DNA from: Guillardia theta CCMP2712
Taxonomy: Eukaryota > Protista > Cryptophyta
NCBI RefSeq assembly: GCF_000315625.1
Contig: NW_005434656.1
Coordinates: 603,741-667,740 of the forward strand
Reading direction: 5' to 3'
Length of the DNA stretch: 64,000 nt
The notes under the pieces are model-generated. The model saw only the letters and a program-made list of their open reading frames with translations, ran no database searches and was not told the origin of the DNA. Positions within the stretch are counted from its first letter, which is position 1. Each line of letters begins with the position of its first letter. This document shows positions 37,808-50,384 of the stretch, piece after piece. The translations under genes were made by a program, and so were the position numbers.

Positions 37808-39744
37808 ATGGATTCGCTTCATGCAGCGGCGAGAGCAGGAGATCTTAAGGTGAATGCAAACGCGTCCTCCTTCCTTCTCCTGCTCCAGCTGCTTCAACTG
37901 CTTCAGTTGCTCCTTGTCTCCATCATTCCTGCTCCTGCTCCTGCTCCTGCTCCTTCTTCTGCTGTTCATCACTTGATCCAACTGTGGGATTCCGCCATGC
38001 TGGCTGTTATGATCCTCATCCTCATCCTCGTCCTCGCGTTCATCATCACTCTAACTCCGCCCTGTCCTCCTCTTCATCCTTTCATTTCCCTTTGAAGTGA
38101 CAATCTTCCATAAAACATGGACGTTTCATTTGCCTGTTGTGTGTGTCGCAAGTTTCTATTGATTGCCTTGATCTTGTGTACAATTCGTCTGCCGTATATT
38201 TTTCCTGATGTGAGTTTTTGTACACTTATAAGCTTGAACATGCTGTTTCACTTTAACCATCAGACTATTCCTCCTCGATTGTCTCAGTGACTTGCATTTT
38301 CGATTCAGGAAATTGAGCGTATCCTTGCAATTCCAGACGGGAAAGCTCCTGATCCCAACGACAAGGACAATCTTGGGAGGACTGCTTTGCACATGGCAGC
38401 ATGGGCAGGACATGCAGACGTTGTGCGGAAATTATTAGAAGTTGGAGCTGATCCTAACGCACACGCCATGGACGATATGACATGCCTGCACTTTGCCTGC
38501 CAAAAGGGGTCGGTGGCATGCATCTCTATCCTCATCGAGCATCAGGCGGATCTTGAAGCTCTTGACAGGTGAAGTTTTGACTTCCGTTGTCATTTGGCGA
38601 TCTGAGTACTCTCGCAGGAAGAAAAAAAATACTCCATTGCACATGGCTTGTGAAAAAGGACACATTGAAATAGTGAAGCTGCTTGTGGAAGCTGGGAGTA
38701 ACTTGAAGGCCAAGAACAAATTCCATAAAACTCCTTTTGATGCTAGTGCAAATGAAGAAACGCGAATGGCACTGCCAGGAGGTTTTAGCAAGGTTTGAGC
38801 AATTGATTCCACAAACATGAGCCACTGACCCTTGTTTTGAAGGTCAAGGGGGAAAAGAGCAATTGGCGAGAAAAAGATCAAGAAGGTTTCAACAAAGCTC
38901 AGGAGGAATTGCAAGCCATGAAAGAAGAAAAACGGAAAATGAGGGAACTAGCAAAGCAGCAAAAAGCTAAAGAGAAACAATTGAAGGGAACGGAAAATGA
39001 TGAGGATACTTTGAACGTCGACGATGAAGAATCGCCATTCGCTGTGCCTACAAAGTCCAAGGCAGAGCAAGGCAGCATGTTGAAAAAGAGAACAACCCCA
39101 GAGGAAGTTTCGGTGGAGCCCCCTGCAAGCAAATTGGCAAAGACGGAAGACGATGCTGTCGAGAATGATTCGGATGCGAAGGAACAAGGGCATGCAGCTT
39201 CAACTTCAAGTGAACAAGCCGGAGCTGCTGCTGCGCCTGCGCGTCCTGGTACTGCAGCTGATCAAAATGGAGCTGGTCAAGATGAGACGACAGCCGAGGT
39301 TGTTTATCTAGGCGATTGCGATTTGTTGTTGTCAACTGACGCAGAAATTTATCAGCTATCACGTTTGTTAGCTAGCAGAGGCGACATTGAGGATATGCTT
39401 ATTGACGAGCCAGACAATGAGGTTCGTAACGTTTCAACAACTTCTTATTGTTCTTTTCTTTTGACAGTTTTCCTTTTGCCCCCTGCTCTTTTTAGGAGCT
39501 GTTGTTGATGAAATCGCAAATCGATCAGGTTCTATTTTTGATCGGACCCTGTCGTTTGACTCACTGTTGTCTTGTGTCAACAGGCCATCGCCCTTACAGA
39601 GGCGCGTCGGCAGAAGCAGAGAACCTAGTCCTAACCAGGGATCTGGAACAAGTCGGCCCACTCCGGCATCGCCCCCGGAGCCTCGAGGAACAAGCGCTGC
39701 ACCGGGTAACTCTCAAGTTTGCCGCAGTGCCGTCACCCCGCTAG
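37808..39744 (+). CDS. Ankyrin-repeat protein with charged C-terminal tail; first intron about 460 nt; 3' end uncertain
   Basis: MDSLHAAARAGDLK|..GRTALHMAAWAGHADVVRKLLEVGADPN..TCLHFACQKG..NTPLHMACEKGHIEIVKLLVEAG. Confidence 0.85.
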
Positions 39745-40531
39745 CCAGTATTTTGTTTTCTAAAAAAAAAGCCTATCACCGAGCCCGCCTATCAGGATGA
39801 TGGCGCCAAAAATTCTCCAGCAAACCACATAGCAAAGAGGATGGGGAAGAGTGGAGTCTTCATTGGGGATTCACGGATGAAGATTAGAATGTTTGCTCTT
39901 TCATGCTGTGTGGAAATGAAGTATGACACCAGAAAGAAATGTAACAAGAAGATGTTGAATTAAGTGTAATGTGCACTTTGCAGTAAGAGGAAACATCAAG
40001 TCTCCACTATTAGCCAAACCTTGCGCTGTTTGTTGCTGGAATTTGACGTCAGAGCAGGCGCACGCCTCATGCTTAGCTGGGACCTTGTGCAACAGCGAAA
40101 GATCGCAGATGAGCAGAGGCGAGAAGCGTTCGCGGATTACAGCGGAGACGAAGAGTCGGTGGTGTCTGATGATGACGGTGAGGCAACACTGCTTGCTTCT
40201 TAAACCACAGCCCACATGACTTGATTGATCATGTTTCTCAGCGGAAGTTGGATATCAAGGCAATGTACAGACAACAAAATTGTCTTCATTCTTGGCGAAC
40301 AAAAATGTCAACAGGACTGCAGGTAGTTTCGTTCTTTGCATAGAATTAATCCAGTAACTGAATGCTATTGAACAGATGCTGGCCAAAGCAACAAGACGTC
40401 TCACGGAAATGGATGGAGCAAGGTTAACAGCAATGTTCCAAGAGACCAGACTTCTGGATGGATTGACAATAATGTGAATGCAAACTATCAAAAAGCGTTG
40501 AAGGACATATCTGTTCAATTCAGTCAGGCAA

Positions 40532-43366
40532 TTGCAGAGTGCAGTTCACAAAAGGTTAGTTCGCCCGTCCAAGAAGTCAAAGCCAAGTCAGATGCAATTT
40601 GCACTGAAAGAAAACTCTCTCCTGACTTGGAAGTCAGTCCATCGAACTCCAAAGGTACCTGATACTCGTTTGAGGAAGAGACTTTTTTCTGACAATCTGC
40701 AAGGTGATGAGCTTCGAATCAATATCAATCCGCAGCAGAATAAAACTAAATCCAGCGTTCGACCATATAGCAATGCTAACTCGAAACGCAGAAGCATTGC
40801 CTCTATGCCTCAAAGAAAAAATCAAGACCTGAACGTCAAGACCAACAAACGAGCGAAGGAAAAGATTGGAAGCAGGAACCATCGATTTTATCAAAAGGTT
40901 GGTACATCAAGATGTTCAGAACTTGAAGAAGAAATAGAAGACTTTGTGAATGATCAATGCAATATCATTGATACCAATTCAGCATCTTGCAAATCGATTG
41001 AAAAAACAACTGGTGGAGATGATTCAAGCAGCAGCAGGCGTAACATACGGAATTGGATTTCAGGACTAGATGATTCAGCAGCTTTGAATGCCAAGTCTTT
41101 GTCTTCAAGAGCGGCAGAGAAACGATCCAAAAAGTATCCAGAGAAAATACTCTCACAGCGAGATGAGCCGAGTGGAACAAGCCTCACCTGTGATGACATT
41201 CTTACCACGTCGATGTTATTGGAGGACACTGAGACCGTGCCAACTCCTCAAACTGATAGACAACGAAATGGACTGAATATAGATGATGAAATTGGTGAAT
41301 TCTCAGATGGAAACGACAATTCAATGCTTGAATCCTCTACTTCAGTCCAAGATGATTCGAGAAGGGTATTTCCATCGTTCCTGGACAAACTTGACATCAC
41401 AGATATAAGTACAAGTCTTCAACCTCTTCGCTCCCGCAAACGTAGTAGAAGTAAAGGGGAGCTTGGCCAATGTTTGAATAGATTTTTTATTCGAACGGAG
41501 CAAGAAAATGCTCTGTTCAAGCATGTAAACCAGAATCATAGGGATGATCTGAGTACAAGTGCTGACAGGGAATTTTTTTGTGCACATGTGCAGTCTTTGA
41601 GCTTCGAAATGAATTTAGTGCGGGTAGAATCATCATTGTGCCATGACTGCGATCACATGAAAAAGCTTACAATATTTCTGTTGTTTCCGAAGACTATATG
41701 GAAGGATCTGGGGTTTGGTCAAGGGCACATTATCAAAGTTTCCATGCCGTGGCATGCATTTGCAACAACGTCTGGAAAATATATTCTTTGCTCTGAAAAA
41801 TGCATATCGATTGGTGTTGAGGCTTTGAATACGATTTCTGATCCACCCCAACAAGTGGCCGAGAAAATTCTTTGTGATGCAAATTCAACATCCACAGTCA
41901 ACTTTTCTGAATTTTGTAAACTTGAATCCTTTTTTCCTCAAGGGAGGGAATATCAGAGATTACACCTCGGAAATTTTGAAGCTCTCAATTTGGAAGACTT
42001 CGGTGATGGTGAGGGCTCTAATGCAATAACATGTATCTCAAATGTGCATCCGTTCATGGTAGATTTGTCCGTTGCTGGTCAAATCATTGGAATTCACCCA
42101 AGGCACCTGCTGATCTCAAGGGCTGAATTAGGCGATATTGATTCATGCTACCGTGGACTCCTTGCAAAGACGAATTATTCTGACTTGTCATTCCTGCAAC
42201 CTGGTATAGTGATCATGGACAATACTGAGACGTGTACAATCAACATACCAGTACCATTTGTGAACAAATGGATGGAACCATTGCTTTCGGCTGATGTGTG
42301 TTCCAGTTTTGAATTTCATTGCTTGTCAATTTCTCCCGATATGAAACTCAGAAACAACTCTTCCATAGCAAAAAGTTGCGATAAGACCGAGACGCCACTT
42401 CAATTAGTGGTCACTGAAAAGTCATACTTTTACAAGGTGGAAACGCCAAAGGAACACCAAACCTCTGACCTGATTTCAGGAGCAGCTAAGCTGTCTTCCG
42501 TATCCGAAATTAATGTTCGAGTCAAAATTCTTTTGGTGCAGTTGATTGAGGTCCTTACTTTGCCAAACCCCACCAAATTCCATCTGTGGTTATCTGTACG
42601 TGAGAAGTCAATGAAGGAAACAGGAGTACCGAACGTTTTGGCTTACATCACAGATGCCTGTCAGGTATTGGCATGCCAGAGCGTTTTAAAACAAGGGGAT
42701 GTGTTACTCATACGTGACGCGATCGTGGTCAGTTCCAGCTGTTGTGAAAATAGTGTTCCGCACTCCAATTCAGTCTGCATCAACATTGATAGTTTATCTC
42801 AAATCGTAAAGGTTGGCTCGAATAAGGAGCTTCTCTATGAAGAATCTGAGAATCAATTTATTTTACCCTACTGTTATGTCCCAAAGCCATTACTGGAGGA
42901 ATTCCAACACGCCCTGGGTTTACACTGTGATTTTGAGAATTCTGGTGGATCGTACCTCCGTTTCGAAGGGAAAATCGCTGAGATTGATGCGATCAAGGTA
43001 TCAAGAATATGCCCAGAGTGCAGATCCTCAAATCGCTTCAGAGAGATCGAGTTGCCTGATGAGACCTCGAGGATGAATTCCTGTCTTTGTTTGGAGTGCG
43101 GATTCGTGGACCATCGATCTGCTTGCCGTGACATTGAATCTTGCCATGTTATCGTGCGAACAGTTGCTGGCAAGGACGTCGACTTTTGTTTGGACAACGT
43201 GCACATCACACAACTTCTTGCTTCATTGTCAGATGCTACCAACCCTGAGATCGAATTTCTCCTACATCGCTCCGTCGAAGGGACAGGGTTTTGGTGGTGC
43301 ACAGTCTGTGCAGAAGGCCTGCAAGATGGAATGCAGCTGCAGGTGGTAAACATCTCGTTGTGCTAG
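40532..43366 (+). CDS. SPIDR-like DNA-repair scaffold with OB folds and a C-terminal Zn ribbon; upstream exons possible from about 39800
   Basis: 944-aa ORF. GELGQCLNRFFIRTEQENALFKH and LLFPKTIWKDLGFGQGHIIKVSMPW resemble SPIDR GGLAERL..RERSAISLWRH and VLFTKET...VRIFPPW. C-terminal CPEC..CLEC sits in an RPA70C-like OB context. Confidence 0.6.
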   Translation: MQSAVHKRLVRPSKKSKPSQMQFALKENSLLTWKSVHRTPKVPDTRLRKRLFSDNLQGDELRININPQQNKTKSSVRPYSNANSKRRSIASMPQRKNQDLNVKTNKRAKEKIGSRNHRFYQKVGTSRCSELEEEIEDFVNDQCNIIDTNSASCKSIEKTTGGDDSSSSRRNIRNWISGLDDSAALNAKSLSSRAAEKRSKKYPEKILSQRDEPSGTSLTCDDILTTSMLLEDTETVPTPQTDRQRNGLNIDDEIGEFSDGNDNSMLESSTSVQDDSRRVFPSFLDKLDITDISTSLQPLRSRKRSRSKGELGQCLNRFFIRTEQENALFKHVNQNHRDDLSTSADREFFCAHVQSLSFEMNLVRVESSLCHDCDHMKKLTIFLLFPKTIWKDLGFGQGHIIKVSMPWHAFATTSGKYILCSEKCISIGVEALNTISDPPQQVAEKILCDANSTSTVNFSEFCKLESFFPQGREYQRLHLGNFEALNLEDFGDGEGSNAITCISNVHPFMVDLSVAGQIIGIHPRHLLISRAELGDIDSCYRGLLAKTNYSDLSFLQPGIVIMDNTETCTINIPVPFVNKWMEPLLSADVCSSFEFHCLSISPDMKLRNNSSIAKSCDKTETPLQLVVTEKSYFYKVETPKEHQTSDLISGAAKLSSVSEINVRVKILLVQLIEVLTLPNPTKFHLWLSVREKSMKETGVPNVLAYITDACQVLACQSVLKQGDVLLIRDAIVVSSSCCENSVPHSNSVCINIDSLSQIVKVGSNKELLYEESENQFILPYCYVPKPLLEEFQHALGLHCDFENSGGSYLRFEGKIAEIDAIKVSRICPECRSSNRFREIELPDETSRMNSCLCLECGFVDHRSACRDIESCHVIVRTVAGKDVDFCLDNVHITQLLASLSDATNPEIEFLLHRSVEGTGFWWCTVCAEGLQDGMQLQVVNISLC

Positions 43367-43422
43367 TACGGTGATCATCCTGATAACCCTATTCTCAACA
43401 TGATTGTACATTTTCAAGAGAA

Positions 43423-44724
43423 CTATTCAACTCCCATCCACGTCTTGAGGGTTGGGACTAATAAAGCCAGCAGTGCACCGCTCCCTCCTAAATGAAGTGC
43501 CTTGAATCCGAATCCAGTGTAAAGTCCAGTTAGTCCTGTTCAATCTAAGGTAAGGATTTGGTGGCCGCAGCATCATACTGTACTTGCCTTTCTGTTTTAC
43601 GATGGTAGCACCAGTGCCGACTAGATGGCGGAAGCCCCTTGAACAGATTTCGAACGAACAAACTTCCCGCCTCGGAACGGATGCAAGAAACGTTCGTTGT
43701 CGAACTGAACGGATTACATCCCCTGCAGCATGAATCAACAAAGAGGAATCATTGGAGAACAATCTGACCGGGAGTGTTAAATACAGCACCAAAGATTCCA
43801 GCTGCGAATCCACCAGCAAACTGCTGCAGCATCTTCATGTCATCTGGAATAAAGTGGCTTGACTGCTCTTGGAAATGCTGCAGGCTTGCGAAATATGCCG
43901 CTGTCCAGCTCAGCTGGCGGTACTGCAGGCCTGGAAATCCTGCATAGAGACCTGGCCAACCTCTTGTTTTGATGATGTCTTTGATGACAGCCAACGCATT
44001 GTTCTTGTAAACATTGTTCTTATCGAGTTGCAAGGCGATCTTGGAGATCTCGATGGGTTGTATAGTAATCGCTTCTGGCACAGAGGCGACAGCTCCAGCA
44101 ATTGCTTTCGTGAAACCTGTACCTTCCTTCTCCGACTTCTTGAATATTCCCACGTGGACAATGGGAAACAAGAAAAATTTCAGAATGCGCATATATGTTG
44201 CTCGGACCATTTCTGGGACGATGCCCTGGGTGGCAAAGCCTTTCAATCCATGCTCCTTGTAAAAGTTCTGGAGAAGTTCAGCTGTTGGTTTTGCACGACC
44301 TTCCGCTGCTGCCGACATACGCAATGCTCTCACAAGGTCGACAGGATACATCAGTGTAGCAGTCGAAACTGCTGCAATGGTGATGGGGGGTAAGGTTGCG
44401 AAAACACTCTGGCTTAACTTCTTAGCAGCTGCATAAAAGAATTCGAAGAAATCAGTTTGAAATAACAGCGCGGGAATGTAACAAGGTAATTTTCATTTAC
44501 TCGCCTTGTGATGCCTGTCCTGCCGCAAGGAGCATGCAAGGATCCCAAGCATGCAGATCCTCGCGTGCGAAGTAACATGAGGACGCGATGAAATCGTGCT
44601 TGAAAGGGTCGGAGATGAAGGAAGCGCTTGAGTCAGGATTCAGGAGAGGAAGAGGTGGCGTGGGGTGGGGCAACGAGGCTGAAACTAGGAGAGGAGCGAG
44701 CGAGAGTATGGCGAGAGCTCGCAT
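43423..44724 (-). CDS. Mitochondrial carrier family (SLC25) protein with an N-terminal signal-peptide extension
   Basis: Three Px[DE]xx[KR] motifs (YPVDLVR, QPIEISK, TP|GDVIR) and G..GLY.G motifs. Two GC-AG introns are needed to keep the frame. Confidence 0.85.
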
Positions 44725-45210
44725 GGCGAACTCACTTCGGTACGTAGGGTCCTGGTTTGGATCCTCTCAGTGGAGGGGTACCGGCTTACTGGAGGAACAC
44801 CATGTTGATGGGGGTAGGGGTAGAAGGGGTGGATTAACGGAGGGGGTAGGAGGGGGAGGGGGGATGGGGGTGAGGAGTCGCAAGGGAGTCGCAATGTGAA
44901 CAAATTCCAGTTTTAAAAGAGAATGTTTTAATATTTGTACCGCCTCGTCGGATTATTATATTTTTATAGACTCCTCAAAGAACGTTTTAAGTGTGTACTG
45001 CAGCTACTCAAATCATACTTTCCGTTGGTCCGCAGTGTACGGTACTTTCAGGGGCCCATTCTGTGCTCGTGGTAGTTTAATTTTAAAAATATTTACAATT
45101 TTTGTACAACATAAAGATTTTTTGCATGCAAATATAACTTCTAATTCTTTTAAAGATAGTTTTACTATTTTAACAAATTGACTAGTTAGTTGGTCAGGCC
45201 TTGCCCTTTC

Positions 45211-47320
45211 ATGGCAGGAACGAAGCGGAGAAACAGTGCAATGAAGTGGATGCGGAGGGTGCCGAAGGGCACAGCGAGAAGTTCATGGTCGATGATGACG
45301 ATGATGATCATGACGATGGCAATGATGGCTGAAAGTGTTCCCATCAAGCCTGAGTCTCATCCTATCGAGGTAGTCAAGTCTCAGGTGGTTTGTCCTGATT
45401 CGCAGATGCGATCGCAGGGCTACCAAGTCGTGGCGAGTACGCGTGGGTACACGTTAGCAGAGAAGCCTGTTCGTACCTGGATACGAGTAGGATGGTCTTG
45501 ATTGCCTGCTCAGGTGTCTGGGCTATGCGATGTAGTGAAGCAATACGCCGGCTACTTTAACGTCACCACCGGTAGTGTAATCTGTGTGGCATAGCATCGT
45601 AATGGTGTTCTTTTTTCAGCCACGAAGATGTACTTCTTTTGGTTCTTTGAGTCTCGCAGCAAGCCTGCAACCGATCCCGTCATCCTCTGGATGACCGGAG
45701 GGCCTGGCTGCTCCAGCGCGATTGCGCTGTTCAGGGAGAATGGACCCTGTACCATCCAAGACGACCTTACAACCAAGAAGAATCCTTTCTCATGGAACAG
45801 CAATGCCTCAATCCTGTATATAGACCAGCCAGCAGGAACGGGCTTCTCTTATGGTGAAGACTCGGATTTTGATCATAATGAGGAGGAAGTTTCGCGGGAC
45901 ATGTACAATTTTCTTCAGGAACAAGCTTTACTAAAAGACATAAGGGTCTGAAATTCCTCCCAGGCGTTCTTTTCTGCGCACAAAAATTATGTCAAGAATG
46001 ATTTCTTCATCTTTGGCGAGTCATACGGCGGACATTTCGTGCCAGCGACTGCCTATCAAGTTTTCAAGGTGGGAACAAGTTTTCTCTGGTACCCGTGAGT
46101 TTTTTTTTTTCCGCAGGGGATGCAGGACAAGAGGGACATCCCGTTGAAGCTCAAAGGAGTCGGAGTTGGTAATCTCCTCTTGCTCCTCCTCCACCCCAAA
46201 CTGTCTTTCACTTTCATGCTCAAACTTGCTCGCCCCTTCTAAAACGCCGGCAGGAAACGGCTTGACTGCGCCTGAGATTCAGTGCGCTCTTCTGCGCAAG
46301 GGTGTTGAATACTTATCCTTCTGTCAGATATCAGTATTATGCTGAGTATGCCGTGAAAAATCCCGTGCATCCTCTCGTGCGTGATGACACTTGCTTGCTC
46401 GTTCCTTATCTCATGCTCGCAGGTGAGCAAGCCTGAAGAGCTCGCCATGCGAGCTGCCGCAAGCGTCTGTGTAGCAAACATCCAGTTGTGTCAGAGCAAG
46501 GACGCATTCTGCGAGACAGCCTTTGCTATCTGTGGACTGTCCCAGGTCAGCCCAGTTCAGGTACGACCGACTCGTTGGTGAAAGGAAGCCTCCAACCGTC
46601 GTGCTGCAGATGACAGGGATCAACCTCTACGATGTCAGGCAGAGGTGCGAGACGCCGCCCCTTTGCTACGATTTCTCAAACATCAACAAGTTCTTCCAGC
46701 TCCCCAAGGTGAGCTGAGATGCTCTGTTCGCGCCTGAACTGATTTCGCAGGTTCTGAACGAGCTGGGGACTGGCCCACACTTGTGGAAGGAGTGCAACTT
46801 CAAGGTGAACTCAGCATTCCACAGTGACTGGATGCACCATTTCCAGACCGTCTTCCCTGAGATGCTGGATGCCGGTGTAAGGTGAGCTGGATCAAAGCTG
46901 AACAGTCCCATGGCGTTGAGAGGTTTTCAGGGTTCTCATCTATGCGGGCGAGATGGACTATATCTGCAACTACTTGGGTAACAAGGCATGGGCTCTGCGG
47001 CTGCCATGGAGCGGACATGACGCTTTCAATGCGGAGGGTGATCACGAATGGATGGTGGGAGGAAGTAAAGCGGGCCTTGCGAGAACTGTGGATGGCTTCA
47101 CTTTCCTTCAGGTGCTGGACTTGCAGAGAAGTATGAGCGAACTGACTCATCCCGACAGGTTTATAATGCAGGACACATGGTCCCACTCGATCAGGTGCCT
47201 CATTCATTGCCTCGTTTTCTATCATTGATCATGCGTGTTTGATAGCCGGCCAATTCACTTGCAATGCTGAGCACTTTCCTAGCTGGTGGATCGTTTTACT
47301 CTCCTTCTCGTAAGGCCTAA
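45211..47320 (+). CDS. Serine carboxypeptidase (peptidase S10, CPY-like)
   Basis: FFWFFESR..PVILWMTGGPGCSS..ENGP, YIDQPAGTGFSY, GESYGG, GEMDYICN and NAGHMVPLDQ (Ser/Asp/His triad). Confidence 0.95.
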
Positions 47321-47334
47321 GCCGGGAAATCGCA

Positions 47335-47650
47335 TGCCGCTTGAATAACTGAGTAACTTCGGAGCTGCGCAACTTAAAGGCTCGCCGGGTCAGGCTTAAG
47401 GCTCGGTCAGGAACGGCTTGTTTGTAAGCCTTAAAAAACTTGCCACTTGCCAGTGATAGTACGTACTACCATTACCGTAGCCTGCCGCGATGCGGACTCT
47501 CTGAGTCCGTCCGACCGTCACAGAACTTCCGAATTCCGAAGTTCGGAACGGTCCAGGAGTCCGGGAGCAGCCCGGCCCGGGCCGCGCTCAGTCGAGTCCG
47601 CCGAACGGGCCCGGCGATCGGAACCGGCAAGTTTGAATTTCAAGTTCCCT
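47335..47650. other. Class-1 intergenic palindromic-word island
   Basis: CTTAAGGCTC repeats, AGTACGTAC, GAACTTCCGAATTCCGAAGTTCGGAAC and GCCCGGCCCGGGCC. Confidence 0.65.
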
Positions 47651-48002
47651 TACTATTATATATTATTGAAATTTTCTGGCGCAATCCCTTTTAAATCGTA
47701 ATAAGAGATTTTAAAAGATGGTTGTGCGCATGGCCTTCAAGAATGGGGGAGGGTGGCGGGGATGCTAGAGCGGGAGCAGAGGAGCAATGAGAGGACGGCG
47801 ATGCTACAACGAACCCTAGCCTTTGTTTGTGCAGAAAGAAGAGTATTGTCAGCAGGCAGAGTGTGACGGCAGGGTAGTAGCAGCCATTTGCTATGTGACA
47901 GCAGCCCATACTGCTGAAGAAAGACGAATCGATGCCAACATGGCTCACTGAAGGCGAAGATTCCCTGCTGAGCCTGACTCCTTGCACTCAGATCGCGTTC
48001 CC

Positions 48003-49500
48003 ATGTCGCAGGCTGTAGGCAGGGTGGTCCTGCTCCTCACGGGAGGAGCTGCAGGTTTTCATTTCCCAGCCTTGTTAGGTGCGTTGAAAATTTGGTCAGG
48101 TTCTGCCTTGTGGCAAAACAAGGACTCCCTCGACGATGTACCGAAGCAGTTGCTTCAGGTTCTCTCTCGGACGAGCAAGAAAGGTTGTAATGTCTGCTCC
48201 CAGGCTATTCTAGGAATGAGAACCAACGGTGGTTCTGATGGCTCAGGGCTGGATCGGAAAGTGGACAACCTGGCTCAAGAAATGCGGATGATGATGTCAA
48301 GATCCAACCAAGGGACAGTCATCGTACAGAGTGGAAGCTCTTGGTCATTTTCGCGGATCATATATCTCATTCTACCTGGTACTGCTGTGACCCAACTTGC
48401 TTATTGTGTTTCCAACGGCTTGCCCGAACAGGAGCGGGAGTGTACTACTACATGAAGTGGAAGGGATACTCTCTAGCAGATCTGCAGGTACATCAATAAG
48501 GACGGCATGAGGTGTTGTTGCCAACTCTTGCATCTCAGTGGGTTTCGAGCACAAGGTTTTCTCAAGCAGTCGAGGCAATGAAGACAGCCCAGGTTGACCT
48601 CGAGCGCGATTATCTATATGTGATCTTATTCCTGCATTGCAGGAAGCACTGAGCATCAAGTTGAATGATTTCCGCACAACAGCTCATCAAGTACCGCAGG
48701 GCAGAGCATTTTTGAGCGCGAGTCACATGTTTTTAGGCCTTGGAACAGTTTCAAGAAGTCGTCGAGAAGCGTTTCTTGGGCATCCAGCACCAGATTCATG
48801 ACCAGGCAACATTTTAGCTCTTGAAGAGCTTGCTGCCTCTGAAGTGTTGAACAGGTTGGCGAAGTGCAGGGTGAAGTGATTGGCGTGCGAGACAACCTTC
48901 GGACTGTCGATCAGCGAGTGCAGGTAATGGGTTTGTGAACAACCTTCACCCGTTGTGCTCCACAGCCCCTTGACCAAAGTTTCAGCGCCTGGAAACAAGC
49001 TCGACGAGACTCAGAGCCAGCTGCAGTACACTTCCAAGGGCATTCACCTTCTCTGCAGGCACTTAGAGCCCCAGCGTTGTGAGATGGAGCGCTAACTGCC
49101 TGCCTTCAGCGTCGTGTCGGAAAGCCTGGGAGACGGCTCGAATACAGCCCGTGAACTCAGACAGTTTGCACAGGTGGCGAACCATCCTCGTAGAGATCTT
49201 GCTGAATCTGATGTACAGCGCTCTCCCCGTCAGATCGAGTCGCAGCAGTATCCCCAGCTCCAAGATGCACCGGTAGAGGAGGACGGAGAGGGGGGGTGGG
49301 GTGTGTGTATGCTGATTTACATTCAGGTGCTAGTGGACATCGCGCCTGCATTAGAATCGTCCTCCACCACCACCATGAAGCCTCCTCCTGCTCTTGTCGG
49401 AGGTATCCTGGGCTCCACTTGGACCGTTCGCCCGATGCATCGTAGCACTGTGAGCACCCCTGCTTCGGAGGCAGACAACCCACCGGAACCTGTACAATAG
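48003..49500 (+). CDS. DUF1664 family protein
   Basis: RVVLLLTGGAAG|S..., VDNLAQEMR..TVIV, GVYYYMKWKGYSLADLQ|WVSSTRFSQAV, coiled coil and KGIHLLC|SVV. Confidence 0.85.
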
Positions 49501-49663
49501 GACAAGGAAGACCTCTGACAAGTTATACACAATTCATTGACTTGAAGGACAACACGCATGCTCTATCTCCTTCCCTCCCTCCTCTGCTCCCCGCATCGAT
49601 CGCTTCATGATAGATACCCACCCAACCGCTCGCGTCCCTCTCAACCAACAAGAAACGCCCCCT

Positions 49664-50168
49664 TCATCTCAGTGAGAACGCGTCAGAGTTCCATAGGCGT
49701 ACAAGGGCCTCTAGATCTCTTTCCAGCTTCTTGGAAACGATCGGCTGACCATCCCGGTGAAAAGGATTCGAAACACATTCAGCATGTAAGCTGTGCAGCT
49801 TCTTGAAGAATGCCTTGACCAAGCTCCCATCCTTGCCATCTTTCTCGTCCAGTATCATCACCATTCTCACCCCCGTGTTTGTTATGTAGCCATGGATTTT
49901 GTGCTCCTGAGCAGGATACAGCGTACCGAGGTACGAATCCACCTGTTTACCAACCCCTCCTGCGCGCGCCGCTTGCTCCTTCTCCTCGAAGATGTCTATG
50001 GCACAATAACACATGTAGTGATACTTGTTCAGGTCTTTCCCTCCTGAGTAGACTCTCAGCAATGCTGGGAAGTTATCCTTCTCTATGATACATAAACATT
50101 CAATCATCGAGACCTGATAGCAAGTTCTGGTCAGTGAAACGCCTTTCGCAATCGACAACCTCATTCAT
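49664..50168 (-). CDS. TRAPPC2L: Trafficking protein particle complex subunit 2-like (sedlin family)
   Basis: CLCIIEKDNFP..KYHYMCYCAIDIFEEK..DSYLGTLYP..KIHGYITNTGVRMV..FFKKLH..VSNPF. Confidence 0.9.
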
Positions 50169-50384
50169 CCGTCAGCGCCTCCTCCATCTCGTCTGCCGTA
50201 CCAACCTTCACCTTCTCTCCCTGGCTCCCATTCTCATTCCTGATGGCCTCCCTGGCGTATCCCCTTCCCTTCATCATCTCACTTCTTCTGATAGAGATTT
50301 TTCTTCCTCCCCTGCTTCTAGCTGCAGCTTAGTATCGGCATAGCAGCTGCATAGCCTGCTGCATAGCCTGCTGCATAGCAATCA

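Noticed and set aside
43360-43373. 14-mer GTGCTAGTACGGTG shared with 17998-18011 as a possible Helitron CTAG end
   Set aside because: It overlaps the SPIDR-like stop codon, has no upstream hairpin or extended homology, and may be chance.
44890-45185. AT-rich block as a MITE
   Set aside because: No terminal inverted repeats or TSD found; consistent with AT-rich promoter DNA.
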